Positions 14,507 through 26,200 of a stretch of DNA of 64,000 nucleotides are shown here, piece after piece. The translations under genes and the position numbers were made by a program. Below the pieces are notes generated by a model that saw only the letters and a list, made by a program, of their open reading frames with translations, did not search any database and had not been told where the DNA came from. Source of the DNA: Alloascoidea hylecoeti. Taxonomy: Eukaryota. Location: NCBI GenBank assembly GCA_001600815.1, contig BCKZ01000005.1:381532-445531 (forward strand), written 5' to 3'. Numbering within the stretch: position 1 is the stretch's first letter; each line of letters opens with the position of its first letter.

Positions 14507-15337
14507 TTAATATGACTTTGAAATGGGTGGAATTGAATTTAGCTTTGACAACAAGGATTTACCAAACTTATCATCACCTTTAATCTCACCAGAAATGACT
14601 TTCTTGACATAATCTTGTTTAGAAACAAAATATAAATCGACCTTTTTAAATGATTCATTCATATTTGATGAGCTCCTGTTAGTAGTCTTAGGTGTTGCTT
14701 TGTACGAAAAATATTTTTGTGTTTGTGACTTATGATCTTGATCCACACCAAATTCCTCCAATTCATTATAATAAGCTTTATTTGGAATTGAATTAAAGAC
14801 ATAAGTATGACAACCAGTTTTTCTAGAATGAAATCCAATTGGTGTTGAAGTAAAAGTTTTAATTGTTGGTAATAACGTAGAATCTTCATCATCTTGTGTT
14901 TGTTGAATCATCAAATGAATTGGTGAATAGTAGTCAATTCCTAAACTTTGGAAATTTGAACAATAAGCATAATTAATGTTACCAGAAAAAATATCCAATT
15001 TCGGACTTGTTGAAACCCAGCCAACAATAACATCATCTGGATATATCTTCTGATATAAATGATATAAAATTTTGTAAAAATCTCCATCCACAATAATTTC
15101 AGTAGCGTTATCTTTATAAGGTACCTTATATGAGTTGTGAATTTCAATCTCACTTCCATCTTCTGATATTGATCCCAATAGGGTGCCAATAATGCATTCC
15201 TGATTCTCCAAAGCTGACGCTTGTAGTAAGTATCTCGATATAATAACAAGAGTCTTTGCGTCAATTTTTACAAGACCAGGTATTAAGGGAGTAAAAATTG
15301 GACAATGAGGACAGTGGGGACAATATGATATATTCAT
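14507..15337 (-). CDS. Diverged eIF3 subunit F-like MPN-domain protein, C-terminally short
   Basis: IIGTLLGSISEDGSEIEI, PDDVIVGWVST, IHL...IKTFTSTPIG and DYVKKVISGEIKGDDKFGKSLL follow the fungal eIF3f layout. The terminal helix is missing. Confidence 0.75.
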   Translation of the reverse strand: MNISYCPHCPHCPIFTPLIPGLVKIDAKTLVIISRYLLQASALENQECIIGTLLGSISEDGSEIEIHNSYKVPYKDNATEIIVDGDFYKILYHLYQKIYPDDVIVGWVSTSPKLDIFSGNINYAYCSNFQSLGIDYYSPIHLMIQQTQDDEDSTLLPTIKTFTSTPIGFHSRKTGCHTYVFNSIPNKAYYNELEEFGVDQDHKSQTQKYFSYKATPKTTNRSSSNMNESFKKVDLYFVSKQDYVKKVISGEIKGDDKFGKSLLSKLNSIPPISKSY

Positions 15338-16039
15338 GTTGATAAAGTGTTATATATTTCTCAATTTCAATAAAGATTTTTTAACTGATTTCTAGGGATT
15401 AAACGCTCTATAGATATGAGCTTGAAGTCGTCTCTCAAATACTTTTTTAGTATGTATATGTAGCCTATATATTCTTCTAACCAAGTCAATAAAAGTGGTT
15501 AGAGAATTTTTTAAGTGAAATTTATTATATTTATATATTTACACCTATTTACATATTTATTAGTACTCTACTTTGATATTATATTATAGATGTTACCAGC
15601 TTAGTATAAAAATAATGTCATAAATTTCAAATATTTACAATTACAAGAGTAAAGTTTAGGAAAATTCATTAAGAATAAGAAAACTCTATACGTCCATCTA
15701 AATTTATTCTATTTCAGTAAACAACATTAGTATTTGTAATATTAATCATTTAAAGTGATATATAATCACATATATTATGCAACATAATTAGCGCTTGACT
15801 ATCAATCCTGGATCCTATAGGACTATAGCTAGAATCAGTTTTACTATAGCTCTAATAGTCTTTTTCGCAATAGTTACTACTAAATTCTACGTATAGCATG
15901 TATTCCCTTAATCATACCCATGAACGTAAAAATATAAAACTCTGTCCAATATAGTTCTATCAACAGTTTTTACCTATCAGATCGTGACCTCCACTACAGA
16001 AATAACTTTCTTGAAATAATTTTATTATCAGTGATTCAA

Positions 16040-16340
16040 CTTTAAAATTTACTATTGTTTCATTGGGGATTGAATTAAACATAACCATAAGAATTCGTTA
16101 TTTCTGGATAAATTTCAATTATTGTTGAAACGAAAGTTTTAACTCCAAAATCTTTATCATCTTCTGTTAAAGTTCAAAGTGCCTGTTCTCCCAGTTGCGC
16201 CAAAAAGCCAATTGACTCTTTAGTGAACTGTTCTAAGGCAGGTCACTTTGAACTTTAACATCTTCTGTTAGTATTGTTTAATGAGTTGTTGATTCAAAAA
16301 TGAGGTTTCGATAATGATGATGCTGATTTTGGCAATCAAT
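16040..16340 (-). pseudogene. Second eIF3f-like pseudogene fragment, interrupted by a 96-bp insertion
   Basis: With 16165-16260 and one TCTTC copy removed, the frame reads ILTEDDKDFGVKTFVSTIIEIYPEITNSYGYV/(frameshift)NSIPNETIVN. This aligns to TQDDEDSTLLPTIKTFTSTPIGFHSRKTGCHTYVFNSIPNKAYYN of the neighbouring ORF. Confidence 0.75.
16165..16260. mobile_element. 96-bp MITE-like element with 17-bp perfect TIRs (TG...CA) and 5-bp TSD
   Basis: TGTTAAAGTTCAAAGTG (16165-16181) and CACTTTGAACTTTAACA (16244-16260). TCTTC is present at both 16160-16164 and 16261-16265. Confidence 0.8.
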
Positions 16341-17036
16341 TGCAATCTTAAAATTTTAACGGTTATTATCATATTGCAATTGATTTCCTACCTATTATAA
16401 TAGATGACTATACATACAACAATACTAAAAACTAAACTCGTAATATGAATACTTTTTTTTTTAACTTTAAATATAATTTCCGATTAAAACTTCTAAATAA
16501 TTTAAAACCTCTAACTAGAAACTATTAAATTGAGGAAGTCTCTCATAAAGTATAAAACTTTTTCTTCTTCTTAACTTTTCTTTAACTGTCTCTTCAGATT
16601 TCTCTCTTGGTTATGTTTCTTACCTTTTTATATGTTTTTTACCACTTTTTTAACTTTTCATATATTTTCCAATTAAATTATATAACTAGAAACTATGTAT
16701 ATTGAGGAAATCTCTACTATATATAGTGTTTTTTTTTTTAACTTTACAGTATCAGTAGGGAGGAAATCCTATTCACGGACGAAGCCTTACATAAGTAAGA
16801 CAACAGTGTGGAGACTCTGAATAAATCCAGGACCCCGGGCAATACCCACTAAAACCCCAAATGTTTTCACCATAAGCACTCTAGTGATGGCTTCCCAGCC
16901 AAATGACAAACGCCTAATAGTCCATTTGGGTGTGCTAATTCCCAAATCTTTTTGTCGCGCGCAAGAACCAATCGGCACCAAGCATTAAGAAGAATGAGTA
17001 TAGAAATGAACTCTTTTTCCGAAATGTTTATAAGTA

Positions 17037-17150
17037 GGTTGTTTGGCCGAGTTGGTCTAAGGCGTCCGACTCAAGAGATTTTCTCTTCACCACTAACAAA
17101 GTAGTGTTCGGATCTCGCAAGAGGCGTGAGTTCGAATCTCACAGCAACCA
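17037..17150 (+). tRNA. tRNA-Leu(CAA) with 31-nt intron (17076-17106)
   Basis: Acceptor stem GGTTGTT/AGCAACC with A73, A box TGGCCGAGTTGG, anticodon stem TCCGA/TCGGA with CAA at 17072-17074, long variable arm, B box GTTCGAATC, T-run terminator just downstream. Confidence 0.95.
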
Positions 17151-17230
17151 ACATTTTTGAAATTTTTTATCTTTTTCAATAATTCCTTTTATCTCTTATA
17201 TTGGTTAGAAAATATCACAGAAGATACTAT

Positions 17231-17720
17231 CAACAGGAGAATAGTTTATCAGAATCTCAATAGAGTAAAATGATTGAAAGAGACTCCACAAAGCTTTGTT
17301 CTGAATCACTTAGGTGCTATGGACAAAAAAAAGAAAAATAGGAAAGATGTATACAATAATATGACATCCTTTACTCGGATTAATTGAGTAAGAAGTTGGA
17401 AATGGTGACAATAATACTATAAAAAGTAACAACATTACTCAAAAAAGAGTGAACCTCTAACATTAGTACGAGGTATTTTTGCCTAGTAATAGTCTTTTTA
17501 TTTTCACAATTTTTTGTTATAAATGTATTTATAGAAAAAGCAATTTAATATAGAGCCTTAATGGCCACTTGAAAAAAAAAAAAAATTTATATTACCAACG
17601 GAAGAATAGTATATATATCAGGATTACAGTGGGTCAAAATGATTGAAAGGACTCCATAAAGCTTTGTTCTGAATCACTTTGCTACGGGCATAAAAAGAAA
17701 AGAGGAAAAATGGATACATA
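17231..17720 (+). repeat. Imperfect ~125-bp direct repeat pair downstream of the tRNA
   Basis: Core AAAATGATTGAAAG(A)GACTCCA(C/T)AAAGCTTTGTTCTGAATCACTT at 17267-17311 and 17636-17679, with similar flanks. Confidence 0.85.
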
Positions 17721-20700
17721 TTTATAACGAGTACTTTATAGCTATAGTGTAAGATGAAAAGTCTATTTGAAACTTTCATGGGCCGATAAATATTATGAAC
17801 TAAATGGCATAATACTTATAAGTCGAATAAGAATCAAATCAAAATAAAAAAGATAAGTAGAATAGGCGAACCAGTTAGAATCATATTATAAGAAACAGCT
17901 AGCGGAATGTTTCGAATAATGATTTTAGAGTCTAAAAATCTAAATATTGATAAACCAGTCTACATTAGACTTATTTATAAAAATAGAAATAAGTATATAG
18001 GATAGTCAATTTACTTTTCTTCAGAATGTAGTCAGAGTTATATATTCATTACATAATTGTAATATCCGAAGAACTTTTTGTAATCGTTATCAGCGCTAGT
18101 CTGGAAATGTTGTAGACTACTTTTGTTATATATAACTTCGCTTGTACATAGTCTTCATTCATAATTATAACCTTTTAATAAATTTATGAGTTTACTTAAA
18201 CCTACCTTTGATGGTAGATCAAGGTTGCTATTGAGTTTATCTTTGAGTTGAGTTGTCCTAGAATAGAATGAAATAACCAACTAGATATAACTCTAGTTAT
18301 GTTATAGTTGTACAGCATTATCCAAATAGCTGAAGTTCAAGAAATTGAAACTGAATCTGCAACATATTATATTGGTTGCGGAAAATCAAAAACTCTTAAA
18401 CCCTCGCCGAAAATGTATCAAAATAATTTCTTATTAATGGGATATTATTATTTGTCCCTAAGAAACGTTGGCATACAATCTCAACAGCAATAAAAACGCT
18501 ACTTTATCTAGATGAGTTGATGCATATGTATGCTGTTATATTTCTTTATGAAGTATTATGTATAGTTGCATGCGCATTTTCTGTGGTTCAAAATTTGTTG
18601 ATGATTTTCAGTGATGCGCACTATACACCTTTCAACACTTTTGTGGGTATAAAAGGATAATCAATGCAAACTTAAGCGAATATATGCCTTACACTTATCT
18701 TATTATCATAAGGGATTTTCAGATTTTATTCATATAATTATTGAATGCTTGCGAACTTGTCCATGTGCCAACCACATATACCAAAACAGAACATCCGATT
18801 AAATCATAGGTACCGATACAGAGTAACCTAGCTATAACCTGAAAACTTCATTAATTGATTATAAAGAATGCTTTAAACTTCTCTCTTAAAATTAGCAAGA
18901 GAAATACAATACTGTATTCCTAGTATTTTCCTACCAATGTTTGAAAAAAATGATTATTACCTATAGCTATATGTAAAGAATGGTTTTTGAAAAAAGTTTG
19001 CATTGGCGCTTTGCATTTTAATTTATTAACCTCACTCTCAATTCCTTTTCTATTGACATATATTATGCCTATTCAATGATTACATCATTAATATAACCCT
19101 TTTTATGGGAATATACATGATACATAGTGTAAAGATAGATATTTAAATCTCGAGTGTATATCTGTATATTTCAATTCTCATATAATATGATGATAAAATT
19201 TGTCAACTACAGGCATATATTATTATTCTTCAATATAACTATATAAATTTCCTAAAATTATTTATTACCGTAGTTCAAGCTAAATATTTATCTTATGTCC
19301 TGATTATAATCTCTAGTAGATTCTCTACTAGTCCTACATATAAATTTATATCTTGTGTAGGCCTATTTTTTAGAAATTAACATGGTTAAAAAGCGGTTAA
19401 AATAATAGCTAATAGCTAATAGCTAACACACCACAGCAGTACAGCTCATTGCTATCAAAAAAGCTAGTGTTCAATATTAATATTGAAATAATCATTATAT
19501 CGTAAATTCAAAAGTCTGGAACACTCGAATCCTAGATCCTTGCCCTAAAACAATATGACATACGAATTAAAGTTTCTCCATTCCAAATTCCAATCGTATA
19601 CAGTACCATAAATTCAGCTTCCATACTGTGCTCAGTGCGCTGTATGTACAACAATAGTAGTACTTGCACGACACAACAAAAGTAATATAATGTTAATATT
19701 ATTTAAGTTCGGATCTGTTATTAAATCCGAAATAGTGCCAAATATATACGAAGGAAGCAAGCTATCGCTTTTTAGAAACCCCAAAGCCAAATCAACACAA
19801 CAAAATAACTCAAAGGAAATTTAAATCCGTTTTTAAATCTATGACTACATGTATGTATATATCTATATATGAGCCGCCTATAAAGCTTTGTATAATATTA
19901 TAATATAAAATAATATATTCCAGATGCAATTGAACGATGTAGTCAGATGCAAATATTATAGGCTATACATGTATATCTACTAAATTTAACCATCTAAAAC
20001 GAGCTTAGTGAGAATTATATGATCATAAGTGAAGATATAGGTCTAGGCCTGGGGGCAGCTAAAATTTTTGCCAGAAGAAGAACAAAGAGAAAAGTAACCC
20101 TAGGCCTGAAATAAAAAACGCATAAGGGAGATGCTTTTGAAATGTAACTGTTATACATCGATCAGTTGCATTAAGACACCGGGTACCATACTACCAATCA
20201 CAGCCATAGGCAATCCGTGGCTCATTTTACATATATGAATAGATATAACCTCTTAATTGTATATGGTTTGCTCTACATAGTTAAAGAACCAATGTGAGGC
20301 CAAGTAACCGTCCACAATTAGCGAATTAAATTTAACAAATTGCTCGCTATCGATGGATTCCTTCCTTGGAAAACCAACTTGATTATACATGTTGTATTGT
20401 GTGTTTATATTTTGGAGTTAGTTAACATTAACGTTTGGTGCCTGACTTATAATGTTTATATATGTATGCTTAAAGAAGTCATTTTATCCGTCTTGATAAT
20501 TTAAGAAAATGTCATAGTCACACACAATTTGACAGTATTGCACACAGTTCAACTGTTTTAAAGTTTTTGGCGTGTTTAAGCTTATATATTCATGCCGCCC
20601 GAATTCTGGTATGTTCAATATGTTGTAGAGAACCTTATATATATATAGCGCTTGTGTTTGAAGATCGTTTCGCTTTATCTAAATTCGTCACACATCCTCA

Positions 20701-22682
20701 TGATTACGCCCTTCTTTTACTGAATGTGTGGTATTGATTGGTGAGTGCATCGATAGTAACGTTAACAAACTAACGCCATAAAGGAGCGGCATAATTTTAA
20801 ACGATAACACACGTGTACAAATATGATATACCGGTAAATATTTCGAACAAAATAATTATAGATTATGATTAGCTCAGCAAAAGTAAATGCTTGCAATTGA
20901 AATTGACATCCTATAGTTCGCTCCATGGACGCGCGGCATATGAAATCGTTGGATATAAATATCAGAATTGATTAAATTTTACGATCATTCGAGTTAGGCA
21001 GACCTGATAAAAACAATTCTAACTTTTAAATAAAGTAGAAACATTAATATTAAGATCAATATTGATTTGAATTTGAATCTATTTCTTGTTTACAATTGTT
21101 GTTTACAACAAATTAACAGCCATGCATAATTGATTATATACGCACATAAAGGTCCTGGGGTAATGAAATAAAATAGATATAATCCGTCTTAAGAAATTAA
21201 ACGACTGATCTTGTAACTTATATATTAGCTACTTGTAGTGCTATAACCGTTTACCTTCTCGCTGTTTTTAATCTCTAATTGCAAACACCTAAATATAGCC
21301 ACTCTTGTTTCAAATCTATTAAAACTCAGATCAAATTAGCATATACCATATACTCATGAAGATCAATAAATTAATACACATATAGCTATATTGGTCATAG
21401 AACATTTCATTTCTTAATTTCAAGTTTTAAAGTTAATTAGATCTATAGATGATCTGCAAATTCATATATATAAAAAATCAAATTTAATCATATACTAATA
21501 TAAACAATATTAATGGTTATAAGTTATCAAACTGGTACCTCATAATTAACTATACTCGCTTGCAAATACAATTATCATGTTTTAAACAGAATCTGTTAAA
21601 TTTGCAATTCCGTTATAACTGAAATAGTATATTAATTATAATATTAATTGCTAAACTCATAAAATAAATTTAAAACAAATATAATTTCTCGGAGGAACTT
21701 ATAATTACTACAAGCTAAAGGCTGTTTCTAGTATATAAGAATCAATTGGATTATATGAATTTTTTTTAAGTGTACGAGTTAAATCTCATTATTATCAATT
21801 CTATTGACGTTAAAAGTTATATCGAGGCCTGATGTCAATGGAAAAAAATACGAGAAGATTTAAGAATTATATGTAAACATTAGAATTAGCATGCATATAC
21901 AATAATATTAATGCTATTATGTGTAGTGGTATTAGTTGAATGTAAATTTCAATTGACCCCCTTTATACGTAATTGATATTATGTAAAATTTTCCAAATAT
22001 CGAATGATCCACAACTATCCTAATAAATCTTTTTTGAAAATGTTGCATTGAAAAACTGTATTTTTAAACTAACATTGTCTCAATCGATGACTCATTAAAA
22101 GCTTATATATAAAGTATAAATTGAAAAGAGCTAAGCTAACACAGTTATTTTGATGTGCAATTTTTTATTGTAAAGAACTAGCTAAATATAGAGACCAAAA
22201 AATATTAAATAAAAGATTTAAAAACAAAATAAAGTAGCATCATAACTAAAGAGCATCAAGTTGTAAGGAATGTTGGTATTTTAAGAAAAAATTTCAAGAC
22301 AAGATAAGGACATAATACCTCAAATTTTCATTTTATAGTTTCCCAGTATCACAGATCTGGGATATAACATAGATCATCATCATATTGATTAAAATAAATT
22401 TTAAATGAAGGAGAACAAAAATTTATAACAAAACACAGCAAATAATTGCAATATAGGCCTAAGAACAAAAAGAGAAGAAACACCAATAGATAAAAAAAAC
22501 TTAAGCAAAATTTAGACAAGAACTAAACAGAAGAACCTCAACCAGATAACTTGAGTTGATATAATAATAAAGTACAGATAAGTCCAAAAGATATATACAT
22601 TCATAGACGAATATAAATGAAGCTTAGTCACACAATTGTGCCCAAGAAAGAGGTCTTTTAATATTTAATTCAGGTTAAACTT

Positions 22683-23216
22683 TTAATCATACTGTAGCGT
22701 CATAACAGTTGGATTCACCTGTGAATTTCGATTACTTTCAAATAGCTTCCGCGTTCCAGAGGAGCCATTTGATGAGCTTGCACTGTGTGTTGAGTTTCTA
22801 TCACTGGCTGTAGAAGACCTTCGATCAAATGCACCATTTATTGTAGAAGAAGTAATATTATTGCCTTTATATCCAACACCTGGGTAGGTTGGATCGGCAA
22901 ACCCTGATAAGTCCGAAGCTGTTGAACTTGTAGATGTCACACTGCTATAAGAAAATCTTGCATCGGAAGAAGCCACTGAGGATCCATATGAGGATCTATT
23001 CGATTGCTGTGAAGCCCGTTTCCCTGGAAAGGATGGATCTTCATTTAACTCAGTTGTACTGTCTGATTTTTGCATTCGTCTTCGCTGTCGCGCCTGCTGT
23101 AGTTTAAAAAGTCTTGAACTTCTGTTCTGCGTTAATGGAGTTTCATCATCTTCATCTCTGTATTTTTCATCATCACTGCTGTAGTAATCATTGTTTGGAG
23201 GTTGAACTTGTGACAT
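22683..23216 (-). CDS. Hypothetical Ser-rich, probably disordered protein (177 aa)
   Basis: Clean ORF with higher GC than its flanks, A-rich ATG context, upstream TATA-like tract and a GC-rich promoter-like segment near 23530-23650. No recognised family. Confidence 0.7.
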   Translation of the reverse strand: MSQVQPPNNDYYSSDDEKYRDEDDETPLTQNRSSRLFKLQQARQRRRMQKSDSTTELNEDPSFPGKRASQQSNRSSYGSSVASSDARFSYSSVTSTSSTASDLSGFADPTYPGVGYKGNNITSSTINGAFDRRSSTASDRNSTHSASSSNGSSGTRKLFESNRNSQVNPTVMTLQYD

Positions 23217-26200
23217 TTTTTTATAGGATATTAGAATTGGTCTCTGTATGAATATATATATATATCTAGCAAAAGAGATAACGTTTAACTTTTATGTATA
23301 TAACAGATGATGCAAGGAGATTTAAAGTATAAAGTGAAATGTTTAGGTCCGCAAAAAAAGTGAGGGAAGAAGGAGTTTTATATATATTTATATTTATCAA
23401 TATTATTATTCATTTCTGATCTGACTTTTAATATTCTGATAATTATAAATATTCTTGTATCATTTATTATTTATAATTAATATTTATATAATTAACAGAA
23501 TATTAAAATTTGTGGTCTTTTTTTCAACAGTGAGGCAGCAATAGTCCGCAGTTAACCCGCACCCGTAGATATTCATGGGTGTACCACTATCGCACGTAAT
23601 GCGACCCGCTTCGCCCGTCAACGGGGCACCAAATTCACGCCTTAGCCTAGTGTACTAAACAGGAAAACTCAAATATAGATTATATAATAGCATTTTCTAA
23701 GACATTCGCGGACAGGATAAAGTTTAGTTATCTTTGGGGGGGTTGATAATATTAATGTTGACTCCTTTTTCCCTTTTTAATTATATTAAGATTTTTCTTC
23801 CCGATACTCCGGACAGGAATTGCCCATTGTCTCCAGTTCCAGCCTTGGTGCTTATTCCCTAAATCTACATAAATACATTCATATTTTAAAACACCAATAT
23901 ATATATTAGCCATATATAGTGATTATGTAGCTATAAAGTCGAGGGTCATAAATATATTCACGATTATGATGATCTCTTGAAAGACATGGTGTCTTCATGA
24001 TCATTAGATACGACATCGTATAATAATAGCTGACTCTAGTCTAGATCGCTAGAAATTGAAAGTAGTTAGGGACATCATGATGTTTGACGAACTACATATT
24101 AGTACTATTTGCAAGGTGCATATCTCTATTCTCAGCCTCAAGCTCTTCCCCGAATTCTCTCACAACACTCCTGCTCGAGCTCTCGACCACTTGAAGGCAA
24201 AACTGCTTCTAAATTCCAATACAATAAATCCTTTTTGTCTATCCCGGGCCATACGTTGAAAATATTCATGCCACACATATTTTTTTCAAACTTCTGTACA
24301 GTATCTAAGCTTAAGGTCAGGTGCAAAATTTTGGCCCTTCACGGCCACTTATCCTTAATTTGGGCGCGAGCAGGTCACGATCGGCCATCTGTACCAATCG
24401 CCGACCGTCTGATTAATGATCAGTTGCAACCTGCTTGAACATGATAGATACATATAAGCCTTACATATACATAACAATTGCATAAATAGTATTTCTAGTT
24501 CCTCGGCAGGTCAATTATATAAAGTAATAGAAGTACTGTACGTCAAGATAGCCAATCTATTACATCAACAATTATACCGATGATACAAATTATATTCATT
24601 TATCAGATAACCCTTAAACTAAATGGGACTATCGATGGTTATCGCAATTGGAAATCAAATTTATGGTTTCCAATTTTCCATTAATGGTTTCATGGTAGAA
24701 CGGCTGATATGTTTCTTTTCACCTAGGTATCAAGCTTATTTTAATCAGAACTTTATAACTTTTCTAATTGTCGGCCGAACGTAGTAAATATACGCGCACA
24801 TATATTTTGCTTATATTTAAAATTAAACCCCTTCCTATTGATCATAATGATGATTACATTTGCATTTTGACCTGGAAGTAGGTGCTTTAAATTGACATCC
24901 GGATCCATTACAATCAGATGAGTATACATGTAGGTCTATACATAATATAAGTATAATAGCACCAAATAAGATTAACTAATAAGATTAAGCGCTATCGCAG
25001 TTCTTCACTAATTACCATTGAATATAAATGTATGATCTTGTTGATTGTGAGTATGTCATTCAAGGAAACGCGATAAGACGTCTAGGAAGTTTATTCAAGA
25101 GTACGCAATACATGTACTACGCATTAATCTGGTGATTCCCTCTGCAATAAGTGTCACAAGGAGAGTTGATAACTGGACTCAGAGTGAGTGGATATAAATT
25201 TATGGTATATGATGATGAGGGCCAGATCTGTAAATTTCACACAGATGATTTGTCTTGGTTTGTTCTAAAACTACGCATGATATGTTTCTAAATGCTATTT
25301 ATAAGTGCGTATGAATATATTTCTCAACTCCTGCCATTATCACGGCTATGGTATATGATAACTTATACATATTATTTAGCCACAGCAGTATCAACCGCAA
25401 TTGTAGCTATATATACATATATATATATATGCTATAGCTATAAATTTAAAGAAGAATGTCATCATCTCAATATTAATATTATCATATTTAAATTTAAGTT
25501 CTATTCAATTAATCTTCCAGAAGTAACAAAAGGATTGGTTTCCCTCCTTCGCTACAGTAGAGACTAATTATTATATAATTACATCTTTGGTTTCCAATTG
25601 CTTATAATTATTTGTTTTATAATGTTTCTTTTTTCCTCGAATAATCGGAAAAAATAACTCAAAACAAGAGGTAGCAGAATAAGTTTAAGTATCGATTTAT
25701 AAATATAAGCTTATATTATATATAATTATAAAGGAAAGTTTGAAGATCAATCTCATAGGACCTCCAAACTTCAAAGTATCGGGATTTGCGAACAATCCAG
25801 AGTCCAGATTTTCGAACTGAGTTTAGATATATTAATATTAATGGAAGGTTTAAGAAAGAATGGAACACAGTGAAGCTTTTCATAAGAGGTAAAACAAAAA
25901 TTAAGGTGTACCCGGCGTATTGGTTGATGGGCATCACATACGACTGCAATATTTCACCTGTATCTGCAACTTTATGGTTGTTTGAACTTGTTTCTATAGG
26001 AACTTATAATATAGATCTAATTAACTTTATTGGGTTTGTTTAAAAATTCAATGTAGTGATACAAGAATTTATACTGTTTTGTTTTTCATGCGGATTATCT
26101 TGCTCCGTTTGTGGTAGAGAGTCTGCATTGATTATTTTGTTTCTTATGAAGTTAAAATTGAAACAGCTAAAATGGGAGCACAAAACATATAATTATTGTT

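Noticed and set aside
18308..18493. 61-aa ORF or possible hAT relic
   Set aside because: Non-ATG start and no convincing motif on either strand.
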